The notes beneath the pieces were generated by a model, which was not told where the DNA came from, ran no database searches, and saw only the letters and a list, made by a program, of their open reading frames with translations. From assembly GCA_040752575.1 (NCBI GenBank), contig JBFMGK010000003.1, positions 96,001-160,000 of the forward strand: a stretch of DNA of 64,000 nt. Direction: 5' to 3'. Both the position numbers and the translations under genes were made by a program. The DNA comes from Candidatus Bipolaricaulota bacterium (lineage in GTDB: Bacteria; Bipolaricaulota; Bipolaricaulia; UBA7950; UBA9294). Positions 28,161-36,222 of this stretch are shown here, in pieces (positions within the stretch are counted from its first letter, which is position 1; every line of letters starts with the position of its first letter).

Positions 28161-31100
28161 CTACTCGGCGTCGTCGCTAGCTGGAGCCCCCTTGGCCATA
28201 AACCTTGCGGCGACGACTCCACGGCTCGGCACGGGGATCCGCGTCCCGGGTGTCCATGCGGCTCCCGTTTCTGTGGGCACGACGAACAACAGCGCGGTTC
28301 CCTGCGAAACGCCGCGCCGTTCAAGCAACGCGAGGCCAACTTGCGCGTCGGCGAGACTCACGGAACTGGTTACACGACCGAGGATGAGTCCGTTCTTGTC
28401 GAGAACGGCAGCTCCAGCGCGAACCGGCCGCTCCCCGCGTTCAACCGTGAAGCGGACAAGCTCTCGCCGAAGCGACGAGGCTCGCGCCACGGCAGCCGAG
28501 CGTCCGATGAAGAAGGGCTTGTGCAGTTTCACGTAGGACCCGAACCCGGCCTCGAAGGGGTCGATGCCCAGAGGCCCCTCGAGTTCGTGGCCGTACAACG
28601 GGAGGCCGGCCTCGGTGCGCGTTGAGTCTCGGGCCGCCAGCCCGCATGGACGCACACCCAGCGCTTGTCCGGCTTCCAGCAGCGCGTTCCAGAGCCAGAG
28701 GGCCGTTGGCGCGGCGGCAAAGATCTCGTAGCCTACAGGCTCTCCTGTGTATCCTGTTCGCGCGACGAGAATCTGGCGCCCCTCCAAGGCCAGCTCCACG
28801 AACTGCGTCCGCTCGAGAGCTGCGACCCTCCGTGCGTCGGCGGGAGAGAGCACGCTGGACAAGGCTCGGGTGCTCTGGGGACCTTGTAGGGCAAGGTCGA
28901 TGACGCCGCGTTCCTCCTTGAGGTCCCGCAGCGCGACGCCACCGCGACCGAGACAACATGCGGCACGCGAGCGGTCGACGATCCACCGATCCTCAAGCAG
29001 CCCGCGGAGCCATGCCCAGTCCTTTGCCTCGTTCGCGGCATTAACGACGACCAGGTAACGATCCTCCGCGCGTCGGTAGACCATGATGTCGTCGAGGACC
29101 TTCCCGTCGGCGTCGAAGAGGTAGGCATACTGGGAGCCGCCGTCCCCCAGCCAGCCGGCGTAGTTCGACGTGGCCTCGTTCAGAAACTGGGTCGCTCGCT
29201 TCCCTTCCACTTGGAAGACGCCCATGTGCCCCAGATCGAACAGCCCGGCGCTGCGACGCACCGCGTTGTGCTCCTCGAGCGCTGAGGTGTACCACACCGG
29301 CATCTGCCACCCCGCAAAGGGGACGAGCTTCGCCCCGAGGGCCACGTGGACTTCATGCAGAGGCGTCGTCCGGCCCCGCACCTCTTCCGCCTCCACCCAG
29401 ACGAACTCCTCGCGCGAGGGTCCCGAGGCCGACGTAACAGCGTCCCCTCCGCCGACGAAGTAGGGTTTGCCGAGGACGAAGCGCTCCGGGTGGAGCGATG
29501 CGAGTTCGCGCACCGAACGCCGGATTTCCCGCTCATCGAGCGGTTCGCAAGCCCACGTCGAAGCCGTCTTCGGGAGAGACGCCACCTCCACGTCCTCGAT
29601 CACGGCCGGGCCCTCGACTTTGCGGAAGAGGTCCTCGCGGTCGAAGAGCGTGTAGCCGTCGGAGAGGCCGACGAGCCATGCCTTGATCGTCTGCACTTGG
29701 CTTGGCGGCACGAGGACCGCGTACTCGTCTCTTCCCAGACAGCCGACGAGGGCGGGGGAAATCGCCAGTCCCTTCTCGTCAAAGAAGTAGGTCGAGCAAC
29801 ACGCGCCGGGACTCAACCCAGCGACATCTCCCGGCGCGGCCTGGTCGAGAAGAGAGGACGCGCGACCGCCGCGAACACGAAAGGCGGCGCATGTGCCGCC
29901 AGGCCGCCGTTCAACGTCCGGACGGACGCCGGCCCGAGGCTCGACCCGTGCGATCAGCGAGGCGACATCACGCTTCGCAGACTCCAGGGCGTGAAGGGCG
30001 ATCTTGCCCCGCGGAAGCTCTCCGCGAAGGCCGATGTACGAGAAGGGGCGGATTTCACGGAGCACCGAGGCGATGATCCCGGCGAGCGCCTCCATCTCCT
30101 GTTTCCCCATGCCGCGTTGCGTCACCCAGGGCGTCCCGAACCGAAGCCCGTGTGCATGAGCGGCGCTCTGATCTCCCGGCAGCGTGTTCTTGTTGCAGAC
30201 GATGCCCGCTAGATCGAGGATCCTTGAGGCGGCTTCGCCGAGCAAGGCGAAGCCGGTCTCGCTCGGAAGAAGCCTAAGATCGGCCAACAGGACGTGCGTG
30301 TTGGTTCCCCCGTATGCGAGAGGAATGCCGTTCGCTTCGAGCGCGTGGGCCAGATGAGCTGCGTTCTCGACGATCCGCCTCTGGAGGGCTGCGTACTCCG
30401 GGGTGCGCGCGAGTTGGAGCGCCACGGCCAGCGCCGCGAACTTGTCTACGTGGGGGCCCCCCTGCAAACCCGGGAAGACCGCGGCGTCCAGCCGCGCTGC
30501 GATCTCCGCGTCGGTCGACAAGAGAACGGCGCCGCGAGCGCCACACAGTGTCTTGTGGGTGGTGAACGAGACGACGTGCGCATGGCCGATCGGATTGGGG
30601 TAGACCTTCCCGAGGATCAGGCCGGCCGTGTGGGCGACGTCGGCGAGAAGGATGGCCCCCACGTCGTCGGCGATCCTACGGAAGGCCGCCCAATCCGGCT
30701 GCCACGGGTAGGACGTGAAACCGCCAATGATCATCTTGGGACGATGCTCGCGGGCCAGCGCGCGCATTCGTTCGTAGTCCAGACGGCCGGTTGCCGGATC
30801 TACCGCGTAGGGGACGATGCGGTAGCGGCGGCCGGTGACGTTGAACTGGGAGCCGTGCGTGAGATGACCGCCTTCCGTGAGGGCCATCCCCATGACCGTC
30901 TCGCCGGGTTTCACGAACGCCTCGTAGACGGCCAGGTTGGCTGCGGCGCCCGACAACGGCTGGACATTGGCCAGAATATGCTCCGCCGGCACATCCGGCG
31001 TGGCAAAACCCTCGGCCACGCGACGAGCGGCGAGCGACTCGACGATGTCTGCGATCTCGGTGCCCTTGTAGAACCGTCGGTCGGCGTAGCGACGCGTAAG

Positions 31101-31346
31101 GGCCAGCTGTACGTCGACGTCCGCCAGCTCCTCTTCGGTCGCCTGCATCATGGCCTTGCGGGGATACCCCTCGGCGTAGACGCTTGTGAGGGCAGAACCG
31201 AGGACTTCGCGGACTGCCGGAGGAGTCAGGCTCTCCGAAGCGATGAGGATGATCCTCTCTCGCTGTCTTCGCTCCTCGGCGGATAGCAGGGCGACCGTCT
31301 GCGGATCGACGTCAAGGGCTCGTAACGCAGACCAAGGCTGGCTCAT
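28161..31346 (-). CDS. glyA: Serine hydroxymethyltransferase - glycine cleavage T protein fusion (GlyA-GcvT)
   Basis: N-half: LIASES, YAEGYP, GGHLTHG, TTHKTL (PLP Lys), QGGP. C-half: TPLHEVH, FAGWQMPVWY, GLFDLGHMG, ARTGYTGEPVGYE, GLAARDSTRTEAGLPLYGHE. Confidence 0.93.
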   Translation of the reverse strand: MSQPWSALRALDVDPQTVALLSAEERRQRERIILIASESLTPPAVREVLGSALTSVYAEGYPRKAMMQATEEELADVDVQLALTRRYADRRFYKGTEIADIVESLAARRVAEGFATPDVPAEHILANVQPLSGAAANLAVYEAFVKPGETVMGMALTEGGHLTHGSQFNVTGRRYRIVPYAVDPATGRLDYERMRALAREHRPKMIIGGFTSYPWQPDWAAFRRIADDVGAILLADVAHTAGLILGKVYPNPIGHAHVVSFTTHKTLCGARGAVLLSTDAEIAARLDAAVFPGLQGGPHVDKFAALAVALQLARTPEYAALQRRIVENAAHLAHALEANGIPLAYGGTNTHVLLADLRLLPSETGFALLGEAASRILDLAGIVCNKNTLPGDQSAAHAHGLRFGTPWVTQRGMGKQEMEALAGIIASVLREIRPFSYIGLRGELPRGKIALHALESAKRDVASLIARVEPRAGVRPDVERRPGGTCAAFRVRGGRASSLLDQAAPGDVAGLSPGACCSTYFFDEKGLAISPALVGCLGRDEYAVLVPPSQVQTIKAWLVGLSDGYTLFDREDLFRKVEGPAVIEDVEVASLPKTASTWACEPLDEREIRRSVRELASLHPERFVLGKPYFVGGGDAVTSASGPSREEFVWVEAEEVRGRTTPLHEVHVALGAKLVPFAGWQMPVWYTSALEEHNAVRRSAGLFDLGHMGVFQVEGKRATQFLNEATSNYAGWLGDGGSQYAYLFDADGKVLDDIMVYRRAEDRYLVVVNAANEAKDWAWLRGLLEDRWIVDRSRAACCLGRGGVALRDLKEERGVIDLALQGPQSTRALSSVLSPADARRVAALERTQFVELALEGRQILVARTGYTGEPVGYEIFAAAPTALWLWNALLEAGQALGVRPCGLAARDSTRTEAGLPLYGHELEGPLGIDPFEAGFGSYVKLHKPFFIGRSAAVARASSLRRELVRFTVERGERPVRAGAAVLDKNGLILGRVTSSVSLADAQVGLALLERRGVSQGTALLFVVPTETGAAWTPGTRIPVPSRGVVAARFMAKGAPASDDAE

Positions 31347-32476
31347 GAAGACTCCTTTGTCCAGGAGAACGCTTCCGGGTGAAGTCTACGGGGTAGCTCG
31401 CGGCCTTTCCAGCACGCTTCCGCAGCCAGGTAGAGGTCTCCCGAGACGACGCCGTGTCCACCAAGAACCATCGGGATCGAAGCTTCGCGGGCGCGTTCGC
31501 TGAACTCACGCCAGATGGGGTCTTCGACGGCATCGGTGTGGAAGGCGTCGCTTGCGAAGCGATCGGCTGGCGGAGGCTCCGCCGTCCACGCGAGCAGAGG
31601 CCGTGAATCGATCCAGGCGGCATCTGCGGCACGTTCGAGCGCACGGAAGAACGGCCCCATCCCCTCGCGCTCCAGAATCTGGCGGGTCCACGGAACATGC
31701 CCCGACGGAGCGGCACGCGATCCACGGCTCTCGGAGAGCGCGCTCGTACGACAGGCGACCTCTCGCTCGACTGCGGCCCAAGTGGCCGGACTCATCCGGC
31801 CGACAAACGCCGTCAACGCGGAACGATCGGCGAGCCGCGCGAGGGCTGCGTCGAGAGTGGGGTGAGCGAGCGGATGGGTATCGATGAATGCGCGTAAGGC
31901 CGAACCCGCGCGGTCACTACGCGACAAGACCACAAGATCCGTCGGGGTGTCGATGTCGAACTGGGTGGCGGCGTCCCTCGGCATGGCGTAGCACGGCACG
32001 CCCGTCTCGGAGGCCGCAAAGCCGAGGGCGTTGTCCGTCGGCACGGCGGGGAGGCTTTCCAACCAAGCCGCCGAAGAGAAGGCCGCGAAGTCACACGAGT
32101 AGTAGTTGTTGAACAGCGCGGCGGGGGTCCTGCCTCGAGCGAATGCGACAAGGCGCTCCAGCAGGTCGACGGTCAGCAACGCGCCGCTCCCGCTTCCGAA
32201 GTAAAGCACTCCGTGAGCTGCAAGCGCTGCGGTGGACCGCTTGAGCGCTTCGCCGAAGACAAACGAGTCCCCCATGTCGCTTGGGATGATCTGCACCCCA
32301 GCGGGGACAGGGCCGGATGCAGCGGGCGTCACGATGGCGATTTCCTGAACGTCGGCCTCGCGCAGGCCCGTGATCAGATCGGAGATGCCGGCCCAGCGGC
32401 CGCCAGCGACGTAGCTCTCGAGGGGCGTCCGGCCGTGCGGAGGGTGAAAGACCAACGCAGCAACGCGGCACTTCAA
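31343..32476 (-). CDS. Hypothetical protein with nucleotidyltransferase/CofC-like fold (start uncertain)
   Basis: YFGSGSGALL, NNYYSCDF, FDIDTPTDL and LGGHGVVSG; stop overlaps the glyA-gcvT start (ATGA). Confidence 0.65.
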   Translation of the reverse strand: MKCRVAALVFHPPHGRTPLESYVAGGRWAGISDLITGLREADVQEIAIVTPAASGPVPAGVQIIPSDMGDSFVFGEALKRSTAALAAHGVLYFGSGSGALLTVDLLERLVAFARGRTPAALFNNYYSCDFAAFSSAAWLESLPAVPTDNALGFAASETGVPCYAMPRDAATQFDIDTPTDLVVLSRSDRAGSALRAFIDTHPLAHPTLDAALARLADRSALTAFVGRMSPATWAAVEREVACRTSALSESRGSRAAPSGHVPWTRQILEREGMGPFFRALERAADAAWIDSRPLLAWTAEPPPADRFASDAFHTDAVEDPIWREFSERAREASIPMVLGGHGVVSGDLYLAAEACWKGRELPRRLHPEAFSWTKESS

Positions 32477-32589
32477 GCGGTGGCTGCGCCTCGACGGCTG
32501 TGGGAAAGACGACAAGCCTCCACGGCTCGAAGGTCGAGGCCGAGGAGGCTCTCCACGCGGTAGATGGCTATCGCGTCGCCCGTCTTCGC

Positions 32590-32826
32590 TCAACGGCGTA
32601 CGCGCATCGCCTCCCGCTCCCCGACGTAGGGGAGAAGCGCGAGCTTGCGGGCACGGTTGATCTCGACGGCCACCCTGCGCTGGTGCTTTGCGCAGAGTCG
32701 GGTTGCCCTCTTCGGGAGGATCTTGCCAAGACGGTTCATGTACTGCTTCAATTCCTCGGGCTTCTTGTAATCGAGCGTGACGGTACCCTCGCACGCCCGG
32801 CACTTCCGCTTTCGCTTCTGGAACAT
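32590..32826 (-). CDS. rpsR: 30S ribosomal protein S18 (Zn-binding C+ type)
   Basis: KCRAC...LDYKK...GKILPKRATRLCAKHQR...RARKLALLPY. Confidence 0.96.
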   Translation of the reverse strand: MFQKRKRKCRACEGTVTLDYKKPEELKQYMNRLGKILPKRATRLCAKHQRRVAVEINRARKLALLPYVGEREAMRVRR

Positions 32827-32829
32827 GGC

Positions 32830-33264
32830 CTAGAAAGGAACCTCCTCATCGGGAATCGGAGCATCGTCCATCGCCGGCGCAGGAGCCTCAACCCCGCGGG
32901 CTGCCTCGTTGCCGGCGCGTTGCGTGGGGCTTCCGAGGAACTGGACGCTCGATGCGACGACCTCGGTGTACCACTTCGTCTCTTCCGTCTCTTCGTTCTT
33001 GACCGCGGAAATCCTCAACCGGCCCTCCACAAACACCGAGCGTCCCTTGCTCAGATACTGGGCACAGTGCTCCGCTTGGCTTCCCCAGACCGTGATCGTG
33101 ACAAACGTGGTTTCGTCTTTCGCCTGCCCCGTGGAGTCCTTGAAGCTTCGCCCGACGGCCAACCGGAAGCGCGTTTTCGCGGCTCCAGACGCCGAGTATT
33201 TCAACGGGTCGGGGTCGCTAGCGAGGTTTCCCAGAAGGAAGACCTTGTTGACACTTGCTGGCAT
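32830..33264 (-). CDS. ssb: Single-stranded DNA-binding protein
   Basis: VNKVFLLGNL, YLSKGRSVFVEGRL and C-terminal DEEVPF. Confidence 0.96.
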   Translation of the reverse strand: MPASVNKVFLLGNLASDPDPLKYSASGAAKTRFRLAVGRSFKDSTGQAKDETTFVTITVWGSQAEHCAQYLSKGRSVFVEGRLRISAVKNEETEETKWYTEVVASSVQFLGSPTQRAGNEAARGVEAPAPAMDDAPIPDEEVPF

Positions 33265-33273
33265 CGCGTCCGA

Positions 33274-33558
33274 TCAGCCCCGTAGAACGATCTGATAGCG
33301 CAGCAGTTCCTCGTCGATATTCAGCCGCCCTTCGAGCGTGCTGACCGATTCAGGGGGCATGCCGAACTCGGTGAACACGTAGAAACCATCCGTGTAGTGA
33401 CGGATAGGATACGCCAGCACGCGCCTTCCCCAGTCTTCGGTCTTGGTCACGGTTCCGCCATTCTCCGCGATCAGGGTGTGCACCCGCTCGCTCTTGGCGG
33501 CACGCGCCTCATCGGTCAGATCCGGACGGACGATGAACACGATCTCGTAGTCTCGCAC
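33274..33558 (-). CDS. rpsF: 30S ribosomal protein S6
   Basis: RDYEIVFIVRPDL...WGRRVLAYPI...LLRYQIV; GTG 33558 follows GAGGTG. Confidence 0.95.
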   Translation of the reverse strand: MRDYEIVFIVRPDLTDEARAAKSERVHTLIAENGGTVTKTEDWGRRVLAYPIRHYTDGFYVFTEFGMPPESVSTLEGRLNIDEELLRYQIVLRG

Positions 33559-33730
33559 GCTCACACCTCTCAAATAGACTACGGAAAGCGTATCCGTGCG
33601 CTCTGGGGAAGTCAAACCGCATGTCTTGGCCTGCTTGCGGCGCCGTGGGTCATGACCGCCGCCTCAGCGTCAAGTCAGCGATCCCCCCGAACCGCCATCG
33701 GTTCTAATGGAACCTATGTATTATGCAAAC

Positions 33731-33759
33731 TTGATGGAAGTATGCTGGCGGGCTATTCT
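33731..33759 (+). promoter_or_regulatory. Putative sigma70 promoter for the peptide cluster
   Basis: TTGATG-N17-TATTCT inside a locally AT-rich patch (about 33700-33760). Confidence 0.5.
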
Positions 33760-33816
33760 ACGAGCGGTCGCCCCGCTGTGGGGCGAAGCAGGCAAGCGAA
33801 AGCCAAGGAGGCAGCC

Positions 33817-33957
33817 ATGAAGTGGGGCGGATTCAACCGCGAGGGGGAGAAGACGATGAAGAAGCTTCTGACGAGCAAGACGGTGTTCGTGTTGATGACG
33901 CTGGCTGCAGCGGCGCTGGCGATCGGCGAGACGCTCAAGTGGAGGCCCGGCGCCTAG
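33817..33957 (+). CDS. Small secreted-peptide precursor, copy 1 (46 aa; 33 aa from ATG 33856)
   Basis: MKWGGFNREGEKT-MKKLLTSKTVFVLMTLAAAALAIGETLKWRPGA*; AAGGAGG RBS. Confidence 0.85.
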   Translation: MKWGGFNREGEKTMKKLLTSKTVFVLMTLAAAALAIGETLKWRPGA

Positions 33958-33976
33958 ATCGGGGTCAGGGGGAATC

Positions 33977-34117
33977 ATGAAGTGGGGCGGATTCAGCCGA
34001 AGGGGAGAGAGGATGATGAAGAAGCTTCTGACGGGCAAGACGGTGTTCGTGTTGATGACGCTGGCTGCAGCGGCGCTGGCGATCGGCGAGACGCTCAAGT
34101 GGAGGCCCGGCGCCTAG
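33977..34117 (+). CDS. Small secreted-peptide precursor, copy 2 (46 aa; 33 aa from ATG 34016)
   Basis: MKWGGFSRRGERM-MKKLLTGKTVFVLMTLAAAALAIGETLKWRPGA*. Confidence 0.85.
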   Translation: MKWGGFSRRGERMMKKLLTGKTVFVLMTLAAAALAIGETLKWRPGA

Positions 34118-34138
34118 GCCAGGGGAACGGGGGGAGTC

Positions 34139-34279
34139 ATGAAGTGGGGAGGATTCAACCGGGAGGGAGAGAAGAAGATGAGGAAGCTCTTTGGCGCGAG
34201 AACGATGTTTGTGTTGATGACGCTGGCTGCTGCGGCGCTGGCGATTGGCGAGACGCTCAAGTGGAGGCCCGGCGCCTAG
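34139..34279 (+). CDS. Small secreted-peptide precursor, copy 3 (46 aa; 33 aa from ATG 34178)
   Basis: MKWGGFNREGEKK-MRKLFGARTMFVLMTLAAAALAIGETLKWRPGA*; six synonymous third-position changes versus copy 1, with amino-acid changes confined to the n-region. Confidence 0.85.
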   Translation: MKWGGFNREGEKKMRKLFGARTMFVLMTLAAAALAIGETLKWRPGA

Positions 34280-34363
34280 AGCAGACCCTAGCCTACAGCA
34301 GCATGTCCAGGTAGTATCCAGGTGGCGCGGGCATGAGGTCGCGAACGGAAGCGAGGAGGTCGC

Positions 34364-35671
34364 GTGCGGCTCCCGATTCGGGCGGCTTTGCTGGTGGGGT
34401 TGGTTGTCCTTCTGGCACTTGCTTCCCTGAGTTGGGGAATCGTCAACGTCAGCCATCCGTCGCCTGACGACCTGATCCTCTTCTTCGTCTTCGCCGTCCT
34501 TGCCATTCTTGCCGAGGTCTACGCAACCTGGATTCCGGCCTACAAGTGGGAGATCTCCAGTTCGATCGCGATCTATCTTGCCGGGCTGTTCATCCTCGGG
34601 CCCGATCTCGTCTTGCCACTTGTCTTTGCGTCATCGGCCGTGTCCGAGCTTCTCTTGCGTTGGGGGACTCATCGCAAAGCTTTCTCCAACGCACTCGTGC
34701 CGATCGCCTTCAACGTCTCTCAGAGTGTCGTCGCCGTTGCAGCCGCTGGCGCGCTCATGCGGGTGCTCGAGCGCGAGTCGCTGCTCATGCGGGAACCTGC
34801 GGAATTCGCTCTAGCCGTTGCCGCCTTCTTGGCTTACTTTCTCCTCAACGTCAGCCTTGTCGTCGGCATTATCTCGGTCACTCAACGGCGCCCGTTCTGG
34901 CACCTCCTCGCGGAGAACCTACACGCATTCGTCGTGCAGTACGCCGTGCTCTGCGTCTCTGCCATTCTGCTCGCCGTGCTGCGTTCGCTCTCGGTCTGGC
35001 ACGTGTTTCTCGCCCTCTTCCCTCTCACGCTCGTTCACATCTCGTTTCGCAGCTACCTTAAGCTGCAAACTCAGGCGAGGAATACTTTTGAGAGGATCTC
35101 CGAGCTCTTGGACGCACGAGACCACTACACCGCCGTCCACTCCGCTGAGGTCGCTGAACTCGCGCTCGCGATTGGACGTGAGCTCGGGATGTCCGAGCGG
35201 GATCTCGAGCAGGTCGATATCGCCGCGCGCGTTCACGACATCGGCAAGGTGGCCATCCCGGATGCCATCCTTCTCAAGCCCGGTCCTCTCAACGACGCCG
35301 AATGGGGCGTGATGAAGACGCATCCCGTGATCAGCGCGCAGCTTGTTGAGGGTCTCGAGATCTACTCGAATGTCGCCGACGCAGTCCGCCACGAACATGA
35401 GCGGTGGGACGGGAGCGGCTATCCCGATGGACTGCGGGGTGAGGCGATTCCCCTTCTGTCCCGCGTGATAGCCGCTGCGGACATCTACAACGCCCTGTCG
35501 ACCGATCGCCCCTATCGCCGAGCGTTCTCGCGCGAGGACGCGATGCGCATCGTTGCCGAGATGCGCGGCGTCGACATCGATCCCCGCGTCGCGGACGCTT
35601 TGCTCGCCGTGATCTCGCGTGCGCAGACGCCCGAGACGATCGCCGCGGCTCCCGCGGATTCCGGAGCATGA
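34364..35671 (+). CDS. Multi-TM sensor + HD-GYP cyclic-dinucleotide phosphodiesterase
   Basis: About 230-aa hydrophobic N-terminal region, then HSAEVA, VHDIGK, HPVIS, HEHERWDGSGYPDGL, ADIYNAL and DRPYR; GAGGAGG RBS. Confidence 0.93.
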   Translation: MRLPIRAALLVGLVVLLALASLSWGIVNVSHPSPDDLILFFVFAVLAILAEVYATWIPAYKWEISSSIAIYLAGLFILGPDLVLPLVFASSAVSELLLRWGTHRKAFSNALVPIAFNVSQSVVAVAAAGALMRVLERESLLMREPAEFALAVAAFLAYFLLNVSLVVGIISVTQRRPFWHLLAENLHAFVVQYAVLCVSAILLAVLRSLSVWHVFLALFPLTLVHISFRSYLKLQTQARNTFERISELLDARDHYTAVHSAEVAELALAIGRELGMSERDLEQVDIAARVHDIGKVAIPDAILLKPGPLNDAEWGVMKTHPVISAQLVEGLEIYSNVADAVRHEHERWDGSGYPDGLRGEAIPLLSRVIAAADIYNALSTDRPYRRAFSREDAMRIVAEMRGVDIDPRVADALLAVISRAQTPETIAAAPADSGA

Positions 35672-36222
35672 TCTTTCTCTATGCCATCGCAGTGGGCATC
35701 ACTTTCGGGTACCTTGCCGGCGGCCGCCTTCGCGGACTGGCCCTCCTACCGCTTCGCGCGTCCTGGCTCGTCCTTGTGGCTCTGGGAATCCAGTTTCTGA
35801 TCTTCCCGCTGTTCGCACCCCAGCCCTTGTTCCCGTATGCGACAACTCCGCTTCACGGTCTCTCGTATGCCTTGGCGGTGGCCTGGTTGATTGTGAATCG
35901 CCGGCAATTCCCGCTGCTCGTCGTTGGACTTGGCGCCGGGCTGAATGGGTTGGCCGTCCTTGCCAACCAAGGACACATGCCCTCGTCGCCGCACGCGCTC
36001 GAACGCGCGGGCCTCGCCACGACGGCGCGCGTCCTGGCGGATACGGGAACGTACGGAAACCTTGTTGAGATGGGGGCTGCAACGCGCCTCAACTGGCTGG
36101 GCGATCGATTCGCCCTGCCGAGCGGGTGGCCCTTCGCCACGGCCTTTAGCGTGGGAGACCTTCTGATCGGCGTCGGACTGGCATGGCTCATCGCGCGAGG
36201 CATGAGGCGATATGGGCGGTGA
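35668..36222 (+). CDS. DUF5317-like membrane protein (LspA-like aspartate motif)
   Basis: GYLAGGRLRGL, GAGLNGLAVLANQGHMP, RLNWLGDRF and AFSVGDLLIGVG; ATGA overlap with the HD-GYP gene. Confidence 0.85.
   Translation: MIFLYAIAVGITFGYLAGGRLRGLALLPLRASWLVLVALGIQFLIFPLFAPQPLFPYATTPLHGLSYALAVAWLIVNRRQFPLLVVGLGAGLNGLAVLANQGHMPSSPHALERAGLATTARVLADTGTYGNLVEMGAATRLNWLGDRFALPSGWPFATAFSVGDLLIGVGLAWLIARGMRRYGR

Larger units (their letters stand above)
33817..34279 (+). repeat. Three tandem direct repeats (period 160/162 nt), each a small peptide gene
   Basis: Units begin ATGAAGTGGGG at 33817, 33977 and 34139, and end GAGACGCTCAAGTGGAGGCCCGGCGCCTAG at 33957, 34117 and 34279. Confidence 0.97.

Noticed and set aside
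33559..33625. S6:S18-binding leader upstream of rpsF
   Set aside because: A CCCC tract and a small hairpin are present on the minus strand, but I cannot confirm the consensus without a covariance model
33760..33816. c-di-GMP riboswitch in the peptide-cluster leader
   Set aside because: Only a 7-bp hairpin (TCGCCCC/GGGGCGA) is evident; class I/II consensus elements were not found by eye
33397..33957. 186-aa plus-strand ORF from the track, plus ORFs 33721-34098, 33965-34456 and 33982-34314
   Set aside because: The first overlaps rpsF antisense, and only its last 46 codons (after an AAGGAGG RBS) are credible. The others are shadow frames of the peptide repeats.
33817..34279. Tandem repeats as a CRISPR array
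   Set aside because: Units are ~141-nt coding sequences with ~20-nt gaps, not short repeats with unique spacers; no cas genes nearby
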